From Candidatus Woesearchaeota archaeon (GTDB lineage Archaea; Nanobdellota; Nanobdellia; Woesearchaeales; WAPY01), in assembly GCA_038825775.1 (NCBI GenBank), contig JAWBOW010000002.1:1-51688 (forward strand): a DNA stretch of 51,688 nt, in the 5' to 3' direction. The notes under the pieces are model-generated. The model was given only the letters and a program-made list of their open reading frames with translations, ran no database searches and had not been told where the DNA came from. A program made the position numbers and the translations under genes. Numbering within the stretch: position 1 is the first letter of the stretch; the number at the start of each line of letters is the position of its first letter. Positions 8,052-16,235 of this stretch are shown piece by piece.

Positions 8052-9884
8052 TCAAATAACTTGAAAATCAAAACAAACCCTATACTTTCTTGGAGAAACT
8101 TGGCCACAAATAGCGTATTCTTTAAACAAAATCCTCTTGTTTTGTTTTTTTGCTTCTTTTCTTATTAGTTCATAACCCTTTTTTGGAATTTCCTTTTCAT
8201 TTAAAAATGTGTAAAAATGAATTATTCCGTTTTTTCTTATTGCCTTAAAAGCAATGTTTAAGAAATTGTGTCCTGTTTTTGGAAGAGGCATTATTATTCT
8301 TGAAAACTTTGATTTTTCAATAACTAATTTTTGAATATTATCATAAGTGTTTAGCATTTCTTTTGCTTCAAGCTCACTTTTAGAATAAACTTCTACAATT
8401 CCAAAATCAACAACTTCTAATATTTTATTAAAATCCAAATGGCCTTTTCCAAAATCAACCGTGTCAATACTTTTATCCTTCCCCCTTAATTTTCCATCAG
8501 TGTCTGCTATGTGAACATAAACATTCAGCTTGTCTTTTAATTCTAAAAGTGTTTTAATCATTAATTCTTGATTCTTTGTTGCAATGTAAAAGTGTGCTAA
8601 ATCAAAACAAAAATTCTTTAAATCCAAATCAAATAAAATTTGTTTTATTTCTTCAGGTTTTGAAAAAAAACCTGAATTAATGTTTTCTAAGAAAAGGAAT
8701 TTCTTAAAATTTTCATTTGAAACCAACTTTTTTATTTCTCTCAAGAATACTTCTTCGCTTGTTTTTTCATCTTGTGCTCTGTAAGGGTGAACAACAAAAC
8801 CTAAAACATTGTTGTTTTTCAAACACAAATCAAGAAGTTCATTATAACATAATTTTGAGTTCTCGATTAAATCCTCATTGCTTAAAGAAACGTGTTTGTC
8901 ATTAAAGGAGAAGGGTTGGTGAAGCATAACCTTGATTCCTTTCCTTCCCAATGATTTTATTTTCTTGTCAATTTTTTGTTTTTTATTCTCCAAATCTCCC
9001 TTTCTTAAATAGAACTCTATAATTTTTGGTTTTTTCTTTAAACGAACATTCAGTTCTTTGGAGTTCCAATGAGATTTTAAACCAATTATTGGTTTTCTTT
9101 GTTCTATTATTTTTGGAACTTCTATTCTAACGTCCCCGTTTACTAAAATGAGTTTTTGCTCAGGAATTTTATTTAAGCTCCTGTTTATTATTGCATAATT
9201 ATGAGCTTCTTGATTTAATTCAACAGCATAAACAACTCTTGGATTAGAATGTTTTATGATTGTTATCGGATAAGCGCCATAGCCGGAAAACATTACCAAA
9301 ACATCTTCACCAATACTTACTTTCTTTGCTATTCTCAACCTTTCAGAGCTTAACCTTGTAGAAAAATAAACTCTTTCAACATTCAGCATAAACCTACAAT
9401 TGTTTTCAATGTATATTGTTTCTTTTTTGTCAAGCCCTGCTATTAATTTATACTTTTGAACCCTAAAATCTCCTTCGTGAGAACTTGCCTTTTTAAGAAC
9501 TGTTTTTATGTTAGAATGTGTTTTTAAGAGTGATTCTCCAACGATTTTCTCAAACTTTTCAAATCCTCTTGGAATTTCTATTATTGCAATGTCTCCAACA
9601 ACTTCGAATGATTTTTTTATTTTATCCGATTTTTCTCCAAATCTTTCTTTTAGAAGTTCTCTAAAACCTTTCTTCTTTTCATTAAAGTTTTTTTCAACTA
9701 TTTCAAACTCCTTAACAATCTTTTTTAAATTCTCCTTTATTTTTTCAACAGATTCTTCTTTTATTGGAAAAAATATTTCTTCAAGATTCTTTTCTATCAA
9801 AAAATCTTTGTTTAAAAAATCATTTTTTATTAGAAATGACTTTACTTTTTCAGCATTTTCTTTTTTTACCTTTAATCCAAACAT
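8052..9884 (-). CDS. trm5: tRNA (guanine37-N1)-methyltransferase Trm5/Taw2 family with a nested xylose-isomerase-like TIM-barrel domain
   Basis: Trm5 motifs are split. FEVVGDIAIIE, VYFSTRLSSER, VLVMFSGYGAYPI, AVELNQEA and NGDVR occupy aa 1-257. SRIIMPLPKTGHNFL...IHFYTF...YRVCFDFQV occupy aa 527-610. The roughly 270 aa between them carry VVHPY, LFLENI, CFDLAH, VHIADTDG, FGKGHLDF and IVEVY. Confidence 0.85.
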   Translation of the reverse strand: MFGLKVKKENAEKVKSFLIKNDFLNKDFLIEKNLEEIFFPIKEESVEKIKENLKKIVKEFEIVEKNFNEKKKGFRELLKERFGEKSDKIKKSFEVVGDIAIIEIPRGFEKFEKIVGESLLKTHSNIKTVLKKASSHEGDFRVQKYKLIAGLDKKETIYIENNCRFMLNVERVYFSTRLSSERLRIAKKVSIGEDVLVMFSGYGAYPITIIKHSNPRVVYAVELNQEAHNYAIINRSLNKIPEQKLILVNGDVRIEVPKIIEQRKPIIGLKSHWNSKELNVRLKKKPKIIEFYLRKGDLENKKQKIDKKIKSLGRKGIKVMLHQPFSFNDKHVSLSNEDLIENSKLCYNELLDLCLKNNNVLGFVVHPYRAQDEKTSEEVFLREIKKLVSNENFKKFLFLENINSGFFSKPEEIKQILFDLDLKNFCFDLAHFYIATKNQELMIKTLLELKDKLNVYVHIADTDGKLRGKDKSIDTVDFGKGHLDFNKILEVVDFGIVEVYSKSELEAKEMLNTYDNIQKLVIEKSKFSRIIMPLPKTGHNFLNIAFKAIRKNGIIHFYTFLNEKEIPKKGYELIRKEAKKQNKRILFKEYAICGQVSPRKYRVCFDFQVI

Positions 9885-9927
9885 AAAGAGAAAGAACTTA
9901 AATTTTGCTTATAAGTTTTTTGATATT

Positions 9928-10947
9928 TTAACCAAAAAAGCTTTTAAGATCTTTTTGTGATTGTTTTTTTACAAGAGGCTCTAACAACTTTCTTGTCCTC
10001 TGCTCTGAAAAGTCGTGCTCTAATAAAATTTTTAGAGTTTTATCTAAATTTATTTCGTGCCAATTTAGTTTGTAATTTTCTGTTACTGGAATGTTCTTTA
10101 TTGTTTCAAAAACTTCTTGCCAGGAAAAATCAAAATCCCAACTAACATTTTTGAATATTTGATCAAAATTCTTACCATACTTCCTTACTAATTCAAGAGC
10201 TCTTTTTGGACCTATGCCACTTACACCTCCAGGATTATAATCAGTTCCTATCAATATGCATAAAACTATTAATTGCTCATGATCTATACCTAAATTGTTA
10301 AGATTCTCATCTAATAATATTATCTCTGGCTCTACCTTTTCGTACAAAACTTTGTTTTGTATCTTCTTTCTTCCAGTAACTGAAAGATTCATTATCAATT
10401 TTGGGGCACCAAACATTAAAGAATCCTCATCTTGAGAAGCTATTGCAAAACAATCCCCTTTCTTTACCATAAAAGAAGCTTGTGCTTCTGCCTCGCTTGG
10501 AGCATCAATCCAAGGTATTCCTAACGCACTTAAAAGTTCCTTTGATTCTTGAATCATCTCAGGACTTAATTTTGAGATTCTTGAAGCGTATTTTCTTGCT
10601 TCTTCAATAAGTCCTTTTTCAACTGCTTCCTCATAAAGTTTTAGCGCTTCTTCTTTTTGAGCAGCTCTTAATTTTTGTATTCTGTGTTTTAGTTCTGGTG
10701 ATTTTCCTTCAAACACAAAAACAGGTTTTATTCCTTTGTTTAGAAAGTTTATAGTTCTTGTAAATAATCCCATCAAGTGACTCGTTATTCTGCCTTTTGA
10801 ATCCGTAAATGGTTTCCCATCTGGTTGTCTTATTGTTGATAAGAATTGGTATAAAAAAACAGGAGCGTCTATAACTATTATTTTTGATTTTAACTCTTCA
10901 AAACTCACCTTGTGTTTTATTAAGAGTTCGGTTAGTTTAACTCCCAT
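9928..10947 (-). CDS. fen: Flap endonuclease 1 (FEN1)
   Basis: XPG-N and XPG-I nuclease motifs are present (VIDAPVFLYQF, APSEAEAQASF, SQDEDSLMFG, GTDYNPGGV.GIGPKRA). The C terminus has a PIP box, QKDLKSFF. Confidence 0.95.
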   Translation of the reverse strand: MGVKLTELLIKHKVSFEELKSKIIVIDAPVFLYQFLSTIRQPDGKPFTDSKGRITSHLMGLFTRTINFLNKGIKPVFVFEGKSPELKHRIQKLRAAQKEEALKLYEEAVEKGLIEEARKYASRISKLSPEMIQESKELLSALGIPWIDAPSEAEAQASFMVKKGDCFAIASQDEDSLMFGAPKLIMNLSVTGRKKIQNKVLYEKVEPEIILLDENLNNLGIDHEQLIVLCILIGTDYNPGGVSGIGPKRALELVRKYGKNFDQIFKNVSWDFDFSWQEVFETIKNIPVTENYKLNWHEINLDKTLKILLEHDFSEQRTRKLLEPLVKKQSQKDLKSFFG

Positions 10948-10960
10948 TTTTGTATTTAAA

Positions 10961-11911
10961 CTATTGTAGTTTTATTTCCTTTATTATTAAACTAGAAACT
11001 TCCCTTTCAAAGAATTCCCTTGCCTTCTTTGTCAACTTACCAGTTATTAATAAGATTGCTGGAAGTTTCTTTGATTGTGCTTGAACAAAAACCTTGCTTA
11101 AATCTGCTTCGTTTATTGATTTCTTATTAAGCACCTTGCAATAATAATTTAGCTCCCCAACAGGTGTTTTTATTTTTATTATAAAATCAAACTCTTTATT
11201 CTTACTTATTATTTCTTGATTATCAACTGTAATGTTGTTTTGTCTGAAAAAGTTTAATATTTGTGATAAAAATTCTGTTTGTTCTTGTATTTTTGTTTTT
11301 TGCTTTTTTGGTTTTGACAAAACAATATTTTCCTTTTCAAAAATAGGACTAATAGGAGTTGTTGTTTTTTGAATCGTCTTTTCCTTAAAATCTTCTTTAA
11401 TTACATCTTGTTTTATTACCTCTTGTTTTATTTTTGGAATTTCCTTTTCTTCTTTTAAAATTGGTTTTTGCTCAACTGTTTCTTGGGCTATAAGTTTTTT
11501 TGCAGATTCCTCATCTAACAAATACCATCTCCAGAACAAAACATCTTCATTGTTTTTCTTCACAAAAAATGGTTTTGCAAAATCCTTAACTTGTCTTAGA
11601 GAAACCCTTGTAAGGGGATCCAACAAAGAGTCCTGCATTACTTTTTTTTCTTTTAATATTAAAACTGTTTGTCTATCTTTCTCATTAAGTTTTGAAATAA
11701 AGTCTTGAAGTTTTGATTCTTGTCCTGGTAAATAATAGAGTGGTGAGTTTCCAACTTTAAGATTTGAAATTTTTACAATACCTCTGCTTGAAAGTTCTGA
11801 TAGTATTGCAGAAGCAATAAGTATAGATGTCTTAAAATTTTCAGCTAATTGTGATGGGACAATAGGACCTTTTATTCTTAAAAAACTCAAAACTTCCTCT
11901 TCTTTGGGCAT
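10961..11911 (-). CDS. Hypothetical winged-helix protein with an uncharacterised C-terminal alpha/beta domain
   Basis: The N terminus looks like a wHTH (LSFLRIKGPIVPSQLAENFKTSILIASAILSELSSRGIVK). A K/E-rich linker follows. The C-terminal part FDFIIKIK...YYCKVLNKK...AILLITGK vaguely resembles a restriction-endonuclease-like fold. Confidence 0.6.
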   Translation of the reverse strand: MPKEEEVLSFLRIKGPIVPSQLAENFKTSILIASAILSELSSRGIVKISNLKVGNSPLYYLPGQESKLQDFISKLNEKDRQTVLILKEKKVMQDSLLDPLTRVSLRQVKDFAKPFFVKKNNEDVLFWRWYLLDEESAKKLIAQETVEQKPILKEEKEIPKIKQEVIKQDVIKEDFKEKTIQKTTTPISPIFEKENIVLSKPKKQKTKIQEQTEFLSQILNFFRQNNITVDNQEIISKNKEFDFIIKIKTPVGELNYYCKVLNKKSINEADLSKVFVQAQSKKLPAILLITGKLTKKAREFFEREVSSLIIKEIKLQ

Positions 11912-11996
11912 AAAAAAATAGATTTTGTTCTTATTTATATTTATTTTGTTTTGTTTTAAAAGAAAGATTTTTTTAATTTTGCTGAATGTTTAATAT

Positions 11997-12602
11997 CTAA
12001 GGTCTTATCCACCTTATCTCATAATAAGTAACATCTGACTCGTCATCAACAATTCCTATTAAGAGTTTTTTCTTTGTTGAATGTGCAACCCTGTTTTTTG
12101 CTGCAAATTCATACCATGTCAGGTTTTCTGCTTCGTGAACAGGATAAACAATCCATTTTGCATGACTCTCACCGGGTTTTAGGCCCCTATCATACACTCT
12201 AAAATCAGCCCCAAACTTAAGTGCTGTTTTTATTATATAACCCCTATCTCTTATGTCCTTAAAAACACAGTAACGAACCCAAAAATTTGGCTCAACTTTT
12301 CTCGCTTTTTTCAAAAAATCGTCAGGACTTATTAGTTTGTTCCTATAATCATAAACTTCAATCTTATCCTTTGACATTAAATAAAAAGCTTCTAACAACG
12401 AGAGTTGGACTCTACCATCATTTAACAACGAACCAAAAACGCTTTGAGTGTTAAGCAATCTTGCTTCGTCACTGTTTTCTGTTAAAACCCTTTCCCTAAC
12501 TAATAAACACTTTATTTTCTTCTTTTTTAATTCTTGCTTTGTTTCTTCTTGATCAGTAACTGTCTTTTCTTCTAAATTTGTTTTTTTGGTTTCCTTTGTC
12601 AT
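11997..12602 (-). CDS. endA: tRNA-splicing endonuclease EndA
   Basis: Catalytic-domain pattern: GYIIKTALKFGADFRVYDRG...HAKWIVYPV...AHSTKKKLLIGIVD. It also has a K/E-rich N-terminal extension. Confidence 0.85.
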   Translation of the reverse strand: MTKETKKTNLEEKTVTDQEETKQELKKKKIKCLLVRERVLTENSDEARLLNTQSVFGSLLNDGRVQLSLLEAFYLMSKDKIEVYDYRNKLISPDDFLKKARKVEPNFWVRYCVFKDIRDRGYIIKTALKFGADFRVYDRGLKPGESHAKWIVYPVHEAENLTWYEFAAKNRVAHSTKKKLLIGIVDDESDVTYYEIRWIRP

Positions 12603-12689
12603 TGTTTTTGAGAGTAATTTTATAATATTTAAAAATTTAACTGAGAAAAAAAGAATAAATATAAATAATAATTGAATATAACTTTTGTT

Positions 12690-13586
12690 ATGATAAAAAT
12701 ATTGTTTTTAGGAACTAGTTCTATGGTCCCAACCAAGGACAGAAACCACACTTCAATACTTTTAAAATTTAAAGAAGAGAACATATTGATTGATTGTGGT
12801 GAAGGAACTCAAAGACAATTAAAGATTGCTAATGAAAAAGTAACTAGAATAACTAAGATTTTAATAACTCACTGGCACGGAGATCATGTTTTGGGAATTC
12901 CTGGGTTGTTGCAAACTATGGCTGCGAGCAATTACCAAAAAACTTTGTTGATTTTTGGTCCTGATGGAACTAAAAAATTCTTTGAAAACATAATGAAGAT
13001 TTTTGTTTTTAACAATCAAATAAATTATGAGGTAAGAGAGATTTCTAAAGACGGAGTTTTTTATGAAAATGAGGATTTTAAGATAGAAGCTTACAAGCTA
13101 GAACACAAAATCCCTTGCTTGGGTTATCGCTTTGTGGAAAAAGATAAAAGAAAAATAAATGTTGCCGCACTTAAAAAATACAAAATACCTGAAGGCCCTA
13201 TTGTTGGAAGATTACAAAGGGGTGAAGATATTGTTTACAATGGAAAAAGAATAAGAGCTGATGATGTGAGTTATATACAAAAAGGTAAAATTGTTGGTTT
13301 TATAACTGATACAAATGTTTGTGAAAACTGCCTTAATGTTGCAAGTGATGCTGATATTCTAATTTCAGAAGCAACTTTTAAGGAAGATTTAGAGGAAAAG
13401 GCGTTAGAGTATTCTCACCTCACTGTAAAGGATGCGGCTTATATAGCAACAAGGGCTAATGTTAAAAAATTAGTTCTCACCCATTTTAGTCAAAGGTATA
13501 AGGGGATTGGAGAGCTTGAAGAGGAAGCAAAGAAGTATTTTAAAAATAGTGTTTGTGCTTATGATTTTATGAGAATAAGCTTATAA
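12690..13586 (+). CDS. rnz: Ribonuclease Z (tRNA 3' endonuclease)
   Basis: Metallo-beta-lactamase motifs are present: LFLGTSS, ILIDCGEGTQRQ, HWHGDH and LTHFSQRY. I prefer the ATG at 12690 over the tracked TTG at 12672. Confidence 0.9.
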   Translation: MIKILFLGTSSMVPTKDRNHTSILLKFKEENILIDCGEGTQRQLKIANEKVTRITKILITHWHGDHVLGIPGLLQTMAASNYQKTLLIFGPDGTKKFFENIMKIFVFNNQINYEVREISKDGVFYENEDFKIEAYKLEHKIPCLGYRFVEKDKRKINVAALKKYKIPEGPIVGRLQRGEDIVYNGKRIRADDVSYIQKGKIVGFITDTNVCENCLNVASDADILISEATFKEDLEEKALEYSHLTVKDAAYIATRANVKKLVLTHFSQRYKGIGELEEEAKKYFKNSVCAYDFMRISL

Positions 13587-13588
13587 AT

Positions 13589-13849
13589 TTATAATTGCTT
13601 TTGCTTGTTATAATTTTGAATTGCTAATTTTATATCCTCTTCTTTTATTGTTTTTCTACGAGCGTGTTTTGCAAACTCAAAAGCCATTTTTGTTATTTCT
13701 TCTGCAATGATTTCTAATGATTTTTTAAGCTCTAATTTTGCCTCTTCAGAAATCCTTTTAGCCCCTGATTTTTTTAAGAATTTTTCCGAAGAAGCTAAGG
13801 GTATTGTTTTTTCATTTGTTTTTTTGTTTATTTTATCTTTCTTATTCAT
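13589..13849 (-). CDS. Archaeal histone (HMf family) with a lysine-rich N-terminal tail
   Basis: The histone fold is collinear with HMfB (IPLASSEKFLKKSGAKRISEEAK...AKHARRKTIKEEDIKLAI). A 15-aa tail MNKKDKINKKTNEKT precedes it. The ATG forms an ATGA overlap with the TFE stop. Confidence 0.85.
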   Translation of the reverse strand: MNKKDKINKKTNEKTIPLASSEKFLKKSGAKRISEEAKLELKKSLEIIAEEITKMAFEFAKHARRKTIKEEDIKLAIQNYNKQKQL

Positions 13850-14496
13850 TTTTTAATTTTTTTATTCTTTTGTTTTTTGTTTTTAAATTTATTTGTGCTC
13901 TTTATTATTTTTACTTTGTTTTTCTTAATCTTTTTAATGCTTTTAGAAGATATTTTTTCGTCTTTATTTTTCGAATTCATTTTTTTGTTGGTCGAATTTA
14001 TTTTTGCTATTGTGCTCTTTAAAAATTTAATTTGTTCTTCATATTTTTTTATTTTGTCTTTAACATTATTGTCCTCTTCAAGCAAACAACCACACTCAGG
14101 ACACTTAAAATTAAAGTTTAACGCTTGTTCAAAACTAATTCTTGCACAATTATTATTGCAAACAAAATAAATTTGAGAACTTTCTCTCTCTAAAATTTCA
14201 ATTAGTTTCTCACATTTTTTCTCAAGATTTTTTATTAAGAATTCCTTGAATTTCTTTTCGTGAAGAGTCCAATGATAAATATACCACCCTTTGAGTTTGT
14301 CCTTTTCTTTAGTGAAAGAAACAAGATTGTGCTTTGCTAAAGTATATAATAAATTTCTTGTTGTGTTTATGTCAAGATTTAACTTCTCAGCCAATTTATA
14401 CTCTGATATTGTTTTTTCAAAATCCATCTTTTCTATTAATTTTATAACCTTTTCACCTAAAATTTCTGCAGCCAAATCAAGTTCTTGCTTATTCAT
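13846..14496 (-). CDS. tfe: Transcription factor E alpha (TFE-alpha) with a long lysine-rich C-terminal tail
   Basis: It has an N-terminal winged helix (ISEYKLAEKLNLDINTTRNLLYTLAKHNLV) and a Zn ribbon (CNNNC...CPECGC). The ATG at 14496 follows AGGTG. Confidence 0.8.
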   Translation of the reverse strand: MNKQELDLAAEILGEKVIKLIEKMDFEKTISEYKLAEKLNLDINTTRNLLYTLAKHNLVSFTKEKDKLKGWYIYHWTLHEKKFKEFLIKNLEKKCEKLIEILERESSQIYFVCNNNCARISFEQALNFNFKCPECGCLLEEDNNVKDKIKKYEEQIKFLKSTIAKINSTNKKMNSKNKDEKISSKSIKKIKKNKVKIIKSTNKFKNKKQKNKKIKK

Positions 14497-14506
14497 AAAA
14501 AACACC

Positions 14507-14893
14507 TTATTTTATTAATTCCTCAAATAATAATCCTTTCATCTTAGCAAGTTCTATCGAAACAACAAAGCCCTTGTCAGTTTTTTCAAGGTCTTCTAAA
14601 CTTATGAAATACCAAGGCATTGTGTTAAATTTTATTGCAATCCAAGGTTCTGCACCAAACTTTTGAGAAAAATCCTTAAGTTGATTAATCTCCTCTTCTA
14701 AAAAATACTTTTTTACTTCCTTAGTTGTTTTGCATTCTATAGCGAGTTTTCTTCCAATCTTGGCAGCTAAAACATCAGGGTTTGGAAACTTGCTTGCTCC
14801 AGACCCAGCAACCCTAACTGCTGCCCAACCATTATCCCAAAACTTGCTTACGATTGAACGCTCAGCATTTAAACCCTTTGCCTTTCTATGCAT
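14507..14893 (-). CDS. hjc: Holliday junction resolvase Hjc
   Basis: KGLNAERSIVSKFWDNGWAAVRVAGSG...PDVLAAK...LAIECKTT gives the PD-(D/E)XK signature typical of Hjc. Confidence 0.85.
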   Translation of the reverse strand: MHRKAKGLNAERSIVSKFWDNGWAAVRVAGSGASKFPNPDVLAAKIGRKLAIECKTTKEVKKYFLEEEINQLKDFSQKFGAEPWIAIKFNTMPWYFISLEDLEKTDKGFVVSIELAKMKGLLFEELIK

Positions 14894-14986
14894 TTTTCAA
14901 AGGGATATCCTTAATAAAATAAATATTTTTCCATAAAAAAAAGAATTTTTCTTTTTGTTTTGTTTACTTGTTTTATTTTTTTATGT

Positions 14987-15901
14987 TTATTTGATTGATT
15001 TAAAAATTTGTGGATAATGTGCTGTTACCTCGTGAACAAAAACTTCTGGCTTAAATATTCCTAATTCAGAGATTATTCCTGAAATTAATGATGGGTCTAC
15101 TCTTTCAAAAACAAAATTGTTAATAAAAACATTCTTCGGCGGATTTTCCCACACCTCTTTTTTGTTTCTCTCTTCTATTTCAAGTTCATAACCAAATATG
15201 CTTTTGAAATCAAACTTCCAAGAGTTTGTGCAAACATAAACAGGAACTCCTAAGTTGTGCGCTGCTTCTGCAAAAAGCTCAGAACCCACTTTATTTATTA
15301 TTTTACCTTCAGAAGTTATAGCATCACAACCAATAAGCATTAAATCAGCTTTTTTTAAGGCAATCCTTGCTGCTGAATCAACAAAGTGTTGAACCTTTAT
15401 TCCTGCTTTTGAAAGCTCTAAAGCAGTTTTTCTTCCTTGAAAAAATGGTCTTGTTTCTGTGTTGTGAACTATAAACCTCTTACCCTTGTTTTTAGCGTAT
15501 ATTAAAGCATTAACAACAGTGCTTGAGTGACAATGGGTAAAAATAACTGAACTGTTAGGTATTTTCTTTGCAACAATTTCACAAATCTTTAAGTTTGAGT
15601 CCTCAAAGTGTTTTATAACATAATCAATTCTTGAAAGAAAATTCTTAACAACATCTGGAAAATTATCAGACAACACATTATAAAATATGTAGTTTAGGGT
15701 GTTTAATAGGCAGGGTTCTGTTGGTCTTGCACTAAGTATTTCTTTTCTTGCATTAAGCATTTCTGCATAAAACTCCGAAACCGTTCTTGCCTTTGATTCC
15801 TTTATTATGTCTACAAAAGCCCTTGCACTTTCCTCTGCTATCCTCTCAGCTCCTTGAATCTTTAAGGTTTTTATGTCTTGAACTAGTTTTTTTAAACGCA
15901 T
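14987..15901 (-). CDS. eIF-2B alpha/beta/delta family protein, likely ribose-1,5-bisphosphate isomerase (e2b2 type)
   Basis: IQGAERIAEESARAF, ARPTEP, TETRP.FQGR, and GCDAITSEGKIINKVGS with YVC...KFD. Its 304-aa length fits the short e2b2 group. Confidence 0.75.
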   Translation of the reverse strand: MRLKKLVQDIKTLKIQGAERIAEESARAFVDIIKESKARTVSEFYAEMLNARKEILSARPTEPCLLNTLNYIFYNVLSDNFPDVVKNFLSRIDYVIKHFEDSNLKICEIVAKKIPNSSVIFTHCHSSTVVNALIYAKNKGKRFIVHNTETRPFFQGRKTALELSKAGIKVQHFVDSAARIALKKADLMLIGCDAITSEGKIINKVGSELFAEAAHNLGVPVYVCTNSWKFDFKSIFGYELEIEERNKKEVWENPPKNVFINNFVFERVDPSLISGIISELGIFKPEVFVHEVTAHYPQIFKSIK

Positions 15902-15929
15902 TTTAGAAATTAAAAAAGAAAAATGTTTT

Positions 15930-16163
15930 TTATTTTTTCTTTTTTAGGATCTTTTTCTCTATTTCCTCCTTTATTTCTTCTTCTTCTTTAATAACTTCTT
16001 CTTCCTCTTTCAACAGTTTAAAAACAAGCTTTTCAATGTTTGATTCTATTCTTGCAACCCTTCTCTCCATAACAAATAACAACCTTAAAGAATAAACAAT
16101 TGCTGCTAATGTTGCAAGTATTATAAAAAGAATTACTTGTTCTATTGGCAACACATTAACCAT
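15930..16163 (-). CDS. Small membrane protein with a Glu/Lys-rich coiled-coil tail
   Basis: One N-terminal TM (VILFIILATLAAIVYSLRLLFV) followed by a charged helix. It lies on the same strand between tdk and the eIF-2B-like gene. Confidence 0.5.
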   Translation of the reverse strand: MVNVLPIEQVILFIILATLAAIVYSLRLLFVMERRVARIESNIEKLVFKLLKEEEEVIKEEEEIKEEIEKKILKKKK

Positions 16164-16235
16164 ATTATCACCTCTTTTATTTTTGGATTAAGTTTTATAA
16201 AATCCTTTGTTAGTATAAAAAGATTTCGTTTAATT

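Noticed and set aside
8307-9113. The insert in Trm5 read as an intein, a mobile element or a frameshifted separate gene.
   Set aside because: The reading frame is continuous and there are no intein splice motifs or homing-endonuclease motifs. The flanks are exactly the two halves of one methyltransferase fold, so it is reported instead as a nested domain.
13804-14170. Plus-strand Phe/Leu-rich ORFs (72 and 97 aa).
   Set aside because: They are the mirror image of the AAA/AAG-rich TFE-alpha tail and histone tail on the minus strand, not independent genes.
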